From contig BCGN01000011.1 in NCBI GenBank assembly GCA_001599295.1, positions 248,001 to 312,000 on the forward strand: a DNA stretch of 64,000 nucleotides. The letters are read 5' to 3'. Source of the DNA: Sporopachydermia quercuum. Lineage: Eukaryota. Both the position numbers and the translations under genes were made by a program. The notes beneath the pieces are model-generated. The model saw only the letters and a list, made by a program, of their open reading frames with translations. It was not told the DNA's origin and did no database searches. Shown here one piece after another: positions 47,083 through 59,487 of this stretch; the stretch's first letter is position 1; each line of letters begins with the position of its first letter.

Positions 47083-50000
47083 TTAAGCAAAAGAAATACC
47101 AGAAATACCGGAAAACCAGTGAGAATAAGAGTGTTGAGGACCTATTTTCGGTTTCTTATTAGGATTATTGATAGTATTGCTGTTACTAGAATTAATAGTA
47201 CTTTTCCCATTACTGATATTACTAATGTAAGCTTCATTATGATGCAATTTCTCACTACTTGATAATAAATTCAACCCATTGAATGTAGTCCTGTTGCTGT
47301 TATTATTATCATGATAAATATTATTATTATTGGCACCAGTATTGAATGTTAATGACTGAAATATTTCTGGATTCATGCTGTAAAGACTCAAATCATCTTT
47401 ACGAACTTTTGGTTCAGAACTATGAACCAGTCTTGAAATCTTCCAGTAAACAACATCATCGTCATCATCATTGATATTGCCATTGTTATTGTTATTGTTA
47501 TTGTTAGCATCAGCCACATCTTGATCATTATTGTCATCAAAGTGTGAACATTTCTTCCCCTTGGTAGTATTTGATAGATATTTAGAATTAGCAGTAGTAT
47601 AAACAGATAAGTCAACCTTAGACGGTGAATGACCGATGAGCGTGTTACCACTACTGTTCTTAGTATTATTATGATTTTGTTTAGTCAAATGATCCCTTGT
47701 AATACTTGAATAAACATCAGTTCCATTGACTCTCAATCCATTCATTTGTCCAACTACTTGTGACTGTCTTCTTACTTTATTATTGGTATTGACAATATTA
47801 GCAGCGTTACCACTACCATTATTAGATTCATTACCATTCAANTCAAATTCAAAATCCCCATAATGAATAAAAGGGTCAGGAATAATATTACTGCTAATAT
47901 TTCCATAGTTGGTACTATGGCTACTTCCATTAATACTATCACTCATTCTACTGTTCAAACTACTAACTGATCGTTCATTCTTCAATAAATCTGTTGATGA
48001 TGAAGCTTGCCTTGTAACATTGTTATTAGTATTATCCTTATTATGTGATAATAGTGTACTGAACATATTATTTCTTTGTTTCTTTACAGGAGGGATAGGA
48101 ACTCTTTTGGCGTTGATTTCAGAAATAAATGAATTAGCTGTTGTGGGCGCAAAAGATTGGAATGAATCGTTCGAAGCATTAGCAGCTGCACTAGAATGGC
48201 TTCCGCTTTCGCTTTCGCTTCTACTTCTACTTCTACGTCTTGTACTTTCATTGTTAGCATGCGTTCCTGTTGTTGTTTTCTCAATCAAATCCATAAAAGA
48301 AACAGTAGGTGTAATTGATGCTGATGACGAAAGGGATGCCAATGATGTTGTTGACGCCGAGGAGATTTTAGAATTGAAACTTAATTTGGATTTATTATTA
48401 GAATTCAATGATAATATAAGAGTGCTGCCATCACTGTTATCATTCTTGTTATTATCATTATCATTACTTGTAATATCGTTAGCAACACCATCACCAGATA
48501 CTTTATTCTGAGCTCCAATCAACGGTATACNTCTATTCCTCATTTCAATATAATCCTTATAGCCATTAAAATCATAATCGTTCACAGTTGGCTCCATGCT
48601 TTGTTCCACCATTGACTGTAAAAGCTTTTTCTGACTAACTCTTCTGGAAATCTCTTTCTCGGCCTGTCTTTCTGTTATTTTAGTAATCAAATTTGAATCC
48701 AGATTCGTTACTATGTAGTTATATTCATAGGGATTCAATGAGACGTACAGATCATCTTTCATTAGTGGTTTGATGATTTCACTTTCACTAGGGACGATTG
48801 GAATAGAAATAGAATCATTAGGATAATTATCATTGATTTTCATTTTAACGGAAAGGAATTGACGTAGTTTATTTCTGCTGTTGCCAATGAAACGTGAGAT
48901 AGATTGCGAGTGTTTGATGTGCTGTTGACCAGTACTTTGGCCAATGGTGCTAGTATTTACTCCATGGATAGTTTTAACCGTGGAACCCTTTTCATTACTA
49001 CCAACAGCATACCCGTGATAGCCTTGAGAATCATCAATCCGCACATAGCTGAAATTCCGATACTTATAATTTGGATTAACTAATCGTTGATCCATACGAG
49101 ATCTTAACTTGGCACCGTTTTTCCTGTTCTGGAAAGGACCCAATTGAACCAATTCGATCACTTTGTAGTCGTATTTAGAATTAACTGACGATCCATTTAT
49201 CATTGAATTTCTTCGTCTTGAATTCCTTTTCTTCCCAGTAATGGCACTTAGCTTATCATTCATATTCCTACTACCCCTATTACTAATAATACTAACGTCA
49301 CCTTCACCATCCATATCATGGAAATGACTAGTATTGATAGTGCCCGAACCCATTGGTAAATATCTTATAGAGCTATTCATATTAAACTCAAAACAAGTCT
49401 TAAAACTAGTAATATTTCTAGGAGCATATGTTTCGTTCCAATAATTATCAAAAAAACCAATATAAGGCTCAAGTTTATACCTTGGTGATAAACCACCGAA
49501 GCTCAACTCAATAGAATTCTGTAGATCATAAGCAATTGGCAAGATTCTCGACGGGAAATAACCAGCTAAAGTTGAATCAGTCCACCAGTGTTTATAGCTA
49601 GTTTTATATTTTATACTGCCACCGAGATAATCATTATGAAGGTAATAATCAGTGTTCAAATCCCATAACATCGGTTGACCTTTTTCCCAAACATAATTGC
49701 CTAAAAATAGATTGATAGCTTCCTGACGTTGAGGATCAATAAATGAATTTGAGTAAAATCTCCTAATAGATTCAATCATATCTCTTGACTGTGATGACCA
49801 TTGATTGATCTTTCTATAAGTTTCCATTGTATTCACTAGGTGGGACCCGCCGTATTGTAAAGCAATAGTATCACCATGGTTATGAAACATTTCTGTTAAC
49901 ATATTAATAGCATCTGAGTCGTAGTCTAAATATGGTTCATCAATTAAACCCATAGAGAACAATTGATAGCCTAAGGCTCTTTTCCCTATGACAAACTGAG

Positions 50001-51927
50001 CTGCATTGGTTCTATCAAGACAATCAATACAGTTAGTTCTGCAAATGCCTTTCTGGATGGCCATCTCTTTGAAATTATACCCGTTTTTGAATATCCCTGT
50101 TGTCAATAATGTTTTATCAGCATAGTTTTCTAAGTACTCAATAACATCCTGACCCGATTTTGAAGCTCTTGACATATCCCATGATGTGTACTCTATTTTA
50201 TATTTTTCAGGTAGAAACTGGTTCAAATACTTTACACACTCTTCGAACTCATAGAGTAGTTTCGTTTCCCGTGGTCCTTTCTTCTCCTTGGTCTTAATTA
50301 GATTCAACACTAGGATTGGACAACCATACCGTTTGAATAGATCATCAAAATGTAACGCAGCAGCTGAGAAAAAAGGGTCTACCACATTCAGAAAAATCGG
50401 TGGCTTCGGGGTAATGTTATTACTATCCTGTGACCAGAATAATGGTATACTGCCTCTATGTTGTACATAGGAACAGTAATGAGGATTATTGTAGAATCCA
50501 GTTCCAGGGTCATGGAAAGAAGACGTGATCATATCACATACGATTTGTTCTGTTTCTACTTCATTAGCAACATTTCCTTGATCGTTGACGCCTCTTTTGA
50601 GGAATCTAGCACCAGCGAAATGATGTGATCTCCTAGCAATCAGCATCACATAGACCTTTTTGTTGAAAATGGGTATATTTGCTTGGTCAATAAAGCCATG
50701 GATTATTGGTTGAAACCAGTCGTAGACTCTGTCATATATTTCAAGCACCGGCTTCAAAAGATTAGTATTCCAGACAAATTTCTCATTGAAACCAAAGTCG
50801 AATTCTTCATTTGGAGGGGGAGGAGGAGGTAATGGCGTAGGTGGTGTTTCAGAACGGGAAGGAGAGGGAGATAGCGGAGGAGAGGGAGATAGGGGAGGAG
50901 AGGAGGAAGGGGATAGAGGATTAGAAGGAATGGTGTTCATACGAGTTATTGTATTTATGGGACGATCGAACTGGTCTAAGTCTATTCTATTCTCTTCTCC
51001 TTCCTGTTCCCCATCTTGTGGTTGCTGTTGATGCTGTGACTGTAATAAATCTTCTTCATACTTCCCCTGTTGATTAAGATCGTTATACTGAACACTATCA
51101 TCCTCTAAATCCTCTTCAGAGCTTTCGTTCAAAACATCAGATACATCATCATCTTCGTGATGATTTAAATCTTTGTCTGATTCACCTATTGAAGCTTCCG
51201 TTGTTTCTTCGGCGTATGGCAAATCCTCAGTATTCGTAGTCTCATCTAGTCTCTCATCATCCCGAGGATCCTGCGGTGAATTAACACTTGAACTTTCATT
51301 AACAGCATTTATAATATTCATAGCCCTTGCTTTTTCCCGGAGAATATTCGTTTGTAAAGTATGAGTTATATCGTAAGTATAACTAAAATAAAACGTCTTA
51401 CTTAAATCAAGATTCTGCAATGTTGCAAGAAACCTTGATTCTTCAGAATTCCTATGAGGCTTTTTATATTTATCGGACGATATAATTGGTACAAGTTCAG
51501 TACCATCAATATGATAGATAGCATGACCACCAATAAGGGCTACCTGAGATCTTTTAGTTGTCATCAGAAGATAATAACAGGAAGTGAATCTGATGAAGCC
51601 CAGTAAACCCCATCCAGTGAGACGTTTCGATAGAGTACTTCCATTGTTTTCACATTCTTCTTCTAAACCAGCTAATACCTGCATAATTTCTAGTCGAGTG
51701 TAGAAAACATCATCTTCTATAATTGTCAGTTTATCAATAGGAACAGTGAGATCTATTTCCAAAACTCTAAACATGGATTCTCGAAAATTGGATCCTACAA
51801 TGTACATTCTAGTTTTTGTTTCATAGATAGTATACTTTTGTAGAATTGGTTTCCTATTATCTGAGTTTCCGGTTGTTTGGTTCCCATTTTGATGGAAAGG
51901 CTGGGCATTTGGTTGATTTCCTAACAT
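47083..51927 (-). CDS. FIG4: PI(3,5)P2 5-phosphatase Fig4, unusually long (1614 aa)
   Basis: Sac domain: [35 protein letters not shown], catalytic [24 protein letters not shown]. Confidence 0.95.
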   Translation of the reverse strand: MLGNQPNAQPFHQNGNQTTGNSDNRKPILQKYTIYETKTRMYIVGSNFRESMFRVLEIDLTVPIDKLTIIEDDVFYTRLEIMQVLAGLEEECENNGSTLSKRLTGWGLLGFIRFTSCYYLLMTTKRSQVALIGGHAIYHIDGTELVPIISSDKYKKPHRNSEESRFLATLQNLDLSKTFYFSYTYDITHTLQTNILREKARAMNIINAVNESSSVNSPQDPRDDERLDETTNTEDLPYAEETTEASIGESDKDLNHHEDDDVSDVLNESSEEDLEDDSVQYNDLNQQGKYEEDLLQSQHQQQPQDGEQEGEENRIDLDQFDRPINTITRMNTIPSNPLSPSSSPPLSPSPPLSPSPSRSETPPTPLPPPPPPNEEFDFGFNEKFVWNTNLLKPVLEIYDRVYDWFQPIIHGFIDQANIPIFNKKVYVMLIARRSHHFAGARFLKRGVNDQGNVANEVETEQIVCDMITSSFHDPGTGFYNNPHYCSYVQHRGSIPLFWSQDSNNITPKPPIFLNVVDPFFSAAALHFDDLFKRYGCPILVLNLIKTKEKKGPRETKLLYEFEECVKYLNQFLPEKYKIEYTSWDMSRASKSGQDVIEYLENYADKTLLTTGIFKNGYNFKEMAIQKGICRTNCIDCLDRTNAAQFVIGKRALGYQLFSMGLIDEPYLDYDSDAINMLTEMFHNHGDTIALQYGGSHLVNTMETYRKINQWSSQSRDMIESIRRFYSNSFIDPQRQEAINLFLGNYVWEKGQPMLWDLNTDYYLHNDYLGGSIKYKTSYKHWWTDSTLAGYFPSRILPIAYDLQNSIELSFGGLSPRYKLEPYIGFFDNYWNETYAPRNITSFKTCFEFNMNSSIRYLPMGSGTINTSHFHDMDGEGDVSIISNRGSRNMNDKLSAITGKKRNSRRRNSMINGSSVNSKYDYKVIELVQLGPFQNRKNGAKLRSRMDQRLVNPNYKYRNFSYVRIDDSQGYHGYAVGSNEKGSTVKTIHGVNTSTIGQSTGQQHIKHSQSISRFIGNSRNKLRQFLSVKMKINDNYPNDSISIPIVPSESEIIKPLMKDDLYVSLNPYEYNYIVTNLDSNLITKITERQAEKEISRRVSQKKLLQSMVEQSMEPTVNDYDFNGYKDYIEMRNRXIPLIGAQNKVSGDGVANDITSNDNDNNKNDNSDGSTLILSLNSNNKSKLSFNSKISSASTTSLASLSSSASITPTVSFMDLIEKTTTGTHANNESTRRRSRSRSESESGSHSSAAANASNDSFQSFAPTTANSFISEINAKRVPIPPVKKQRNNMFSTLLSHNKDNTNNNVTRQASSSTDLLKNERSVSSLNSRMSDSINGSSHSTNYGNISSNIIPDPFIHYGDFEFXLNGNESNNGSGNAANIVNTNNKVRRQSQVVGQMNGLRVNGTDVYSSITRDHLTKQNHNNTKNSSGNTLIGHSPSKVDLSVYTTANSKYLSNTTKGKKCSHFDDNNDQDVADANNNNNNNNGNINDDDDDVVYWKISRLVHSSEPKVRKDDLSLYSMNPEIFQSLTFNTGANNNNIYHDNNNSNRTTFNGLNLLSSSEKLHHNEAYISNISNGKSTINSSNSNTINNPNKKPKIGPQHSYSHWFSGISGISFA

Positions 51928-53538
51928 TCTAGGGAATTTGTATATGAAAGAGGATGTTGTTGCTATTGCTGATAGCCTATTTATTAGTTTGATAAGTGGT
52001 AAGTGAGCTGGAAAGCTGATATTTATAGGGAATTCAAAACGAGGGAATCGTTAAACCTCAATTGGAACAATAAGTTACTAAAATAGGGCAAGTATTCGAA
52101 GGTCTGTACTTTTGGCATCCCAATTCATTTTCTGTATGGTGTTGTCAATTGATCCTTTATGTTTGATCCAAAGGATAGTGACATTTGACCTGAAGATGAT
52201 GACCACGATATGTCGATTTGTATGTTCTTCGAGTGCGTTCAGAAAAGAATACAAGCGTTTGTGTACCGGCAATTAGATCAAATAGTCTTTGTCAACTACA
52301 ATGCTCTTTAGTATACTCATTTCTTAGTTAACTACATTCTTGTGCTGATTTAAATGATTAACCCTTTTGTTTATATGAAAAGGCTGTTTATACAAGGGAT
52401 GACAGACAAATGATTATGTGATATTAAAACAAGATAAGAGTAGGAAATAATGTACAAGCAAATAGTGTCCGGTTCTCGTGGATAGGTTGTGGGGGTATAC
52501 TGAAGAAAGATATGGAGTGAGAAAAAAGCCAACATCTCCTTTCATAAAAGTCTTTTGGCATTCCCATACCACGTTTCATTCTCCCCGCATTCGGCTGTCG
52601 GAATTTAAGTTCAAGTGGAGAGTTTTCTGAATCCTAATAGTTCTTACACAGAAAACAAGAGGATGAATGCGAAAACATTACACGAATAGGAATAAGTGAG
52701 CGAAAGGAATAAATCCGATAGTATTTTATTATATTTTAATAATAATAGCAATGAAATGAGTTATACATGAAATATTGATGCATAACAATTGCATAAATGC
52801 ATAGGACGCTAGATCATTACATGTTAGTTTGGTTCATACTTCTTATTTCTCCTATTTCTTATAACCTAACAATTGAATGGACACGGTTCAGCCGAGCAAC
52901 CGAAAAACAGTAAAGCAGAAAGGAACATAGATGATAAGGCAGAAACACAGTAGGGATAGAAAGCCGATGAGATGAATTGATGATTATCTGAAGAGAAATC
53001 GATTTATCGAAGTTGTATAAATAATATTGACATTTCGTATTTTTCATGTTAAGAAAGAAAGCTGNGGAAACTTATAGACGTAGATGCCCATTCTCACTGT
53101 TTTAACTATCTACCAATTGTTCAATCCAATAAGCTAGAAGAACGATAACAATCAGTTAACTACCATTAAACTCCTTTTGTTATACACAATTTGAAAATAA
53201 ACGTTAACAACTACCGAGATTGCAGCAGATTTATTTCTTTTCTGCTGTTTAATCCACCTTCTATATCTTTGGAGCAAACTGTATCTATCTATTCAACCCT
53301 CATACTCTTTCTTTACATACTAAATCCCCACTTTTACTAATCAAGGAATCACATCACAAACAAAGTTCATAACTTGTTTCTCTCTACGTTAACTACTATC
53401 TTTGGTCACCTTATTAGTAGTAGATTAATACTAATAACTATTATCTATTCATATAAAGAGAAGTGGTTTGTTCTTCTCTCTGTTTGCTCTAAATTTCGAG
53501 TCGTCTGTTATTCTATACAGAATTATCCTAATCCAATC

Positions 53539-54689
53539 ATGTTCACACTATCACTTGCCCGAGCTACAGTTCAATCAAGGATCAAACCAGTTATTGGGAT
53601 CAAAACTATCAGAGCTATAAGAAACATGTCAGTCTTCAATAAGCAATTTGAACATATTTTACTATCAACACCAAAACCAGGTGTTGGATTGGTTCAACTG
53701 AATCGTCCTAAGGCTTTGAATGCTTTATGTTCACCATTGATTAGTGAATTAAATGAAGCATTGGGGGAATTTGAAAAAGATGATAAAATTGGGGCTATTG
53801 TAATTACAGGCAGCGAAAGAGCATTTGCTGGTAAGTAAGGTGTAGATTTAAGAGAAAGATGTGGATTTAAATAGAACATATTGATACACTTGAACAGTAT
53901 GATTTCTTTGATTACTAGTTACTAACTAAGTATCTTAGCTGGTGCTGATATCAAGGAAATGCTTGATTATTCAACTGAGGATGTATTGTCCAAGGATTTC
54001 ATCAATCCATGGTCAAACATTATGAATATAACAAAACCAATTATTGGTGCTGTTAATGGATTTGCTGTAAGTGGGTTTTCATGTACTTGCTTGGGATATG
54101 CCAGATACGAGATATAATACTACTTCTGAAGCAAACAACTAAAGTTCAATCAGCTACTATGATCGTTCGTTTATTTTTATATCCTTATTATTAACATTTT
54201 TATCAGCTTGGAGGAGGATGTGAATTAGCTATGACTCTTGATATTCTGTATGCTGGAGAAAAAGCAAAATTTGGGCAACCAGAAATCAATCTTGGTATCA
54301 TTCCTGGTGCAGGTGGTACTCAAAGATTGATTCGTGCTATAGGAAAATCAAGAGCGATGGAATATTGTCTGACCGGTAAGATGTTCACAGCTCAAGAAGC
54401 TTACAATTGGGGTTTGGTTTCTAAAATTTTTCCACCTGAGCAATTGTTAGAAGAAACTATTAAGCTTGCAGAAGAAATTTCTAGTAAAGGACGTCTTGCT
54501 ACTAAGAGTGTTAAGAAATGTGTTAACATGGCTAATCAAGTTGATCTTGAAAGCGGATTGATTCTTGAAAGAAGCACATTTTACGGTTTATTTGGTACTT
54601 CTGATAGAGTGGAAGGTATGAAAGCATTCACAGAGAAGAGACAACCTGTTTGGAGACATCAAAGAGCAGAATCATCTGAGAAGTTATGA
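53539..54689 (+). CDS. Short-chain enoyl-CoA hydratase (ECHS1/EchA type), 300 aa, 3 exons
   Basis: Exons 53539-53830, 53939-54066 and 54207-54689 restore [12 protein letters not shown] and [33 protein letters not shown] present; presequence-like N-terminus. Confidence 0.93.
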
Positions 54690-55160
54690 GGAGAGTAAAA
54701 CTAAAGGGAACTCTACATGATGAGTAAACGCTAACTACTTCTTATACTTTGTTGCTTCGATGTAAATAAATGAACAGAAGCAATTTATATTCAATTTTTA
54801 TATACATGAATAGATTGATATAAATGAATCACCAGCTTATTTGCCTTGCACTTGGTTGATAATTCTATTCTGGCTTGGATTACAATGTGACGTAACGTGT
54901 TATTTATAATAGGTACCTACGCAAGCTTGATATATAACATAAGTTTAAGTGTCGTCAATTGCTAATTAAAAAAATGAAGCTTTAAATCAAAAGATTTCAT
55001 CATGATGGAAGCAAACAAAACAAAACAACAAGCAATAAGGTAAAGGTAAAATGTGATGATATTCGAAACAACTGAATTGAGATTTATGATGTTGAACTGA
55101 ATAGCTACTTCAATATTAATCGAACACCATAAATGTACAACCCATGAGAAATATTTACAA

Positions 55161-55195
55161 TGAGTGAAGACTATTAGTGAGTGAAGACTATTAGT
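55161..55195. repeat. 17-bp tandem duplication TGAGTGAAGACTATTAG x2
   Basis: Directly visible in the region downstream of TOM70. Confidence 0.8.
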
Positions 55196-55307
55196 CAATG
55201 ATACTAGTAGTAATGTAGTCAGTGAATAAATAGTATTTGATATAATGAAGTTGACAATATTGCAACAAGAATCAAACCTTTATTACAATACAGATCATTA
55301 ATTATAC

Positions 55308-57113
55308 TCATTGGCTTAAACCAGAACTGTTGATGAGGGTTTGGAGATGTTTTTGTAAAGCAGCATCTTTCTTCATTTGAATTTGAGTTTTAGTAGCTTC
55401 AGCGAAAGAAATAGCTTGAATCATTTCTTCTTCAGTTCTAGCATATTCGGCGACCTTCTCAAATAATTCACCAGCATGTTGAACTTCACCTAACTGTAAC
55501 TCAACTTGAGCTAACTGTGATAATACCATATCATTTCTACTATCGATTCTAGCAGCTTCTTCCAAAAGCTCTTTACCCTTCTCCATATTATTATAAAATT
55601 GAAGTTCACACGTTGCTTTAGATAACAAAGGTAAAACACCTACACCTGGCTTGCCAATCTTCTTTTGTAATTCATAAGCTTCATCCCAGTTCTTTTGAGC
55701 GTTTTCAATATCACCTTGATCTAATAAGATTTCAGCGAAGAAACTAAGTGCTTCTGGTGAATTTGGGAATTTCTTGATGGTATCTTGGAACTGTTTGACT
55801 GCTTCTTCCTTCTTACCACTCTTGTAATAAATGACAGCCAATTGAATATAACTGAAAACAAAATTTTCATCGAGATCAATAGCCTTTTGAAAATTCTTCT
55901 TTGCTTCTTGCAAGTTTTCTGAAACGAAGAGGGTTTGCGCTAAATGGTAGTAGATATCAGCATTATTAGGATCCATCTTTAAAGCAAGATCGAAATCCAC
56001 TTTGGCAGCATCCAAGTTACCTAATTCTCTATTCACAACAGCTCTTACAGTGTGAGCATGAACAGTTGGGAACAATTTGATAGATTCATTGATATCAGCT
56101 TTGAATCCTTCGATATCAAATTTCAGGAATTTAAAGATAGCAGAGTATTCAAGAGCAAGTGCATAATAAGGTTTGAGGTCTTCTTCAACAGAATCAGCGC
56201 CGGATGTCAGTTTAGCAGCTTCAGTGAATAATCTATCAGCAGCTTGATAGTCTTCATCAGATTGATTGTCAAGATGTTGGAAAGCTTTTTGTAAGACAGC
56301 TTTGATAGAAGTTTGATCTTCAATAGGGGCAGATCCAGGCTTAATATCATCAGGTAAAACAACAGATCTAAATGAATCAAAGAAGGCGCTGAGAGTTGAA
56401 ATTGAGGGTAAACATTTCAATTTGTTCTTATACTTTTCTTCGTAAATCTTCACTGAATGTTTCTTCAAAACTCTTTCCATAGCAATGTTGATAGTGTTAT
56501 CCTTAAAGTTGTCGTAAACAATAGCACAGGTTAAATCCATTAATGCTTCTGGATACTTTTCTAATTGCTCATAAGCTGCACCTCTTCTAGAATAACATTT
56601 TGTATAATCAGGCTTCAATTCCAAAGCTTTAGTAGCGTATTCAACAACTTTTTCATAATCACCCAATCCGTTGTAACAAGCAGACATATTTGAATAGAAA
56701 ATTGGATCTTCATTGAACTTTAAACAAGTTTCGTAATATTTGATAGCTCCTGCATAATTTTTCCTAGCAAACTCTTGATTGCCTTTTTCCTTATATGATA
56801 CACCATACTTTGTCTTCTCTGCACTTGATAATCCAGCAACAAATGCATCAGTTATAGATTCAAGAGCAAGCAAGCCATCTGACTCTTCTGAACTAGAAGC
56901 CTTCTTCTTATTCTTCTTTTTATTCTTCTTTTTCTGCTTTGAACCACTACTTCCTGCGGACTCTCCTCCAACAGATCCTGATGGTGAGTTGGAGTAGACA
57001 TAATAAGCGGAAGCCCCAGCGCCAGCGACTGCAACTGCACTGGTTAAAGCAATAGCTAATTTGTGTTCAGAGACAAACTTACCTGCTTTAGAGATAAATG
57101 AATCAGAGGACAT
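55308..57113 (-). CDS. TOM70: Mitochondrial import receptor Tom70
   Basis: N-terminal TM anchor, poly-K linker, TPR clamp KEKGNQEF...FYSNMSACY...ALELKPDYTK..RR. Confidence 0.95.
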   Translation of the reverse strand: MSSDSFISKAGKFVSEHKLAIALTSAVAVAGAGASAYYVYSNSPSGSVGGESAGSSGSKQKKKNKKKNKKKASSSEESDGLLALESITDAFVAGLSSAEKTKYGVSYKEKGNQEFARKNYAGAIKYYETCLKFNEDPIFYSNMSACYNGLGDYEKVVEYATKALELKPDYTKCYSRRGAAYEQLEKYPEALMDLTCAIVYDNFKDNTINIAMERVLKKHSVKIYEEKYKNKLKCLPSISTLSAFFDSFRSVVLPDDIKPGSAPIEDQTSIKAVLQKAFQHLDNQSDEDYQAADRLFTEAAKLTSGADSVEEDLKPYYALALEYSAIFKFLKFDIEGFKADINESIKLFPTVHAHTVRAVVNRELGNLDAAKVDFDLALKMDPNNADIYYHLAQTLFVSENLQEAKKNFQKAIDLDENFVFSYIQLAVIYYKSGKKEEAVKQFQDTIKKFPNSPEALSFFAEILLDQGDIENAQKNWDEAYELQKKIGKPGVGVLPLLSKATCELQFYNNMEKGKELLEEAARIDSRNDMVLSQLAQVELQLGEVQHAGELFEKVAEYARTEEEMIQAISFAEATKTQIQMKKDAALQKHLQTLINSSGLSQ

Positions 57114-58188
57114 GATTGCTATATGTTATATAATGCAACAGATATAATTAGAACTAACTAATTTCCCCAGAAATCAAATCACCTAGTAGAAACAAACCAA
57201 AATTAATAACGAATCAATATTCAATCAATAAAAGATTGTTGATCATAAGTCAATCCTGTTCCGGCTATTCCTGTGGTTAAAGGTGTTACAATAATACTCT
57301 AGTGTCTTCTGAATATCAATTATTCACTAAAGAAACTGTAACCTTCACTCAGTTAAATGAACTATTGTTTTGTTCATGATTAAATTAATCCTATAATTCA
57401 CGTCATACGACGAGTAACTTCGACTTTGAAAAATTATGAGGAAATCAATAAATTTTCCATCCGTTGATTTTCATTAAGAAAAAATGAAAAATGGCAAAAA
57501 ATGAATATAAAGTTTTGCAGGGGAGAGACGCTAGATATATATTGTTTGCCACGTGATAAAATACAGGGGTAGTCTAGAGATGAGAAGTTTAGAATCAAGG
57601 GTGGATAAGGAAACAAGTAGACAGAGTGGTAATTAAAAAATTTAAAGATAAGCTAGTTCTCGCTGCTCACTGTGAATCAGGATNGTGCAATAATAGTAAT
57701 AGTAGTTTGCCTTGCTAGTAATGTGGCTAGCATAGCTGTCTTGTTCGCATTGACATACACACTGGGTCTCACACTTTTAAAAAAGGATATGCATAATTAC
57801 GTAGCTCTACTTTATGCGAAGTCAGAAGGGCCAATTGATTTTGAGAGATTCCTAATGGAAGGGGGTAGTCTGGCCATCACTGAAGAAACTGAGACCTAAC
57901 AGCTTTTCTGATAGAACAGTTACTGAAAGAAACGAATGACACTTGAACAAAAAAAGAGAGTGGCACAAATTTAGAAATGTTAACTAAGCGTTTCTAGTAT
58001 AATACAGAGAGCAAAGCAGAAATGTGACGACGTTTCCCGTTCAAACCCGTTCGAAGCCTAATGTTGGGTCATTATGTGGAGCAGTCTAGCAAAAGGATGA
58101 CATACGAATCAATTGGACAGTCCTGACAAAAATTAAGTCTAGTACAGGGAAGTCAAGACATGAAATGACAGACAAACTCAGTTTTTCA

Positions 58189-58250
58189 CCTCGGTCTGAA
58201 AGCGGAAATAATAATCAGATATAATATCCAGTTTGATTGTGTTACCTCGG
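58189..58250. promoter_or_regulatory. Two CCTCGG motifs (FarA/Ctf1/Por1-type fatty-acid response element)
   Basis: CCTCGG at 58189-58194 and 58245-58250 in the divergent TOM70-CAT2 intergenic region. Confidence 0.4.
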
Positions 58251-59487
58251 ACAATCGGTTCGAACTGGCATTCGATAGAAATAACTATATCAAATTGGCA
58301 TGGTTATAGGGGAGATAAGTAGTTTATTTACCCAAAGCACAATCTAAACAGTTGAAAATATTGGTTTCATCGAGTAGTAGGCGTCCATATATTTACAAAA
58401 TAGTCAATTGGAAACAGCGGAGTTTCCTAGTTCAACCAATACCGTTCACCCCCAATTAGCCATTAGGCCGAGATACATGAGTTTATGTAGTTGTAGGTAT
58501 TGAGCACTTTAGCATTTTTTGATTTTGATAATTGCTTCTCCGATAATCAGTAATATGCTTATAAACATCTCAGATTCTCATACAATTTAGGCAATTGATT
58601 TGAATTTTGATTATTTATAAATATTGGATTATTAATTTTATCTCATAAATATAAAAATCTTTCTGTTCCGTTTGTCATCTCATTCTACTAAAACAATTTA
58701 GTTTGACCTGTGGAAAGTGAAAATTCTCTCCACTCCTCCGGACCGAGAAACAAATCATTTCAATGTTCAAGCCGCTTTTAACTACCACACCAATGATGCA
58801 ATCAGTATCCAACCAGTATTATATATCTAAAATTTATTCAATTATCATTTAATCATTCTAATAACACACTCTATTTTGTTTATCAAACGACTAATCTAAG
58901 CAATTTATCCAACCAAGTCATTACCATCTCATCGGTCATATGATGATCTTATCCGTACATACTTAATGTTGGCGGTATACAAAACAATCAGAAACGAAAA
59001 GCACAAACATTTAGTTGAATCAAGTACCCCCAGTGCATATAAACATATCACATAGAAAACACAATTGGATATTAAATTTTTATAGATATATATAATGAAT
59101 TGATAGACATTTTTATCTTCATATCAGTGAAAAGTTCTTTCAAGCTCACTGATTTGTTATCAACTACCGAATCTCATCGTGACATTTGTTCTCTACATAG
59201 ATTTTAATCCGAAACTGCCTTTCCTGGATATCAGAAAACACTACTTAAATTCCCCACATCCCCACTTTTTCACTCCCTTCTTTTTTGGTTGAAAGAGTTG
59301 TGTTTACTTCTTCTCAAATGTATATATAACAACTCATTTTCTCTATTCTCAATTGTTGGAATCTAGTTAGCTTATTACTGCTTTATGTTTTTTTTTGTAG
59401 AGATACCGGAGTTATAGGTGTTTTGCACTTTACTGGTTTGTCTGTTCAATTGATCAAGAGGAGAGTGTAACATAAATTATTTAAACC

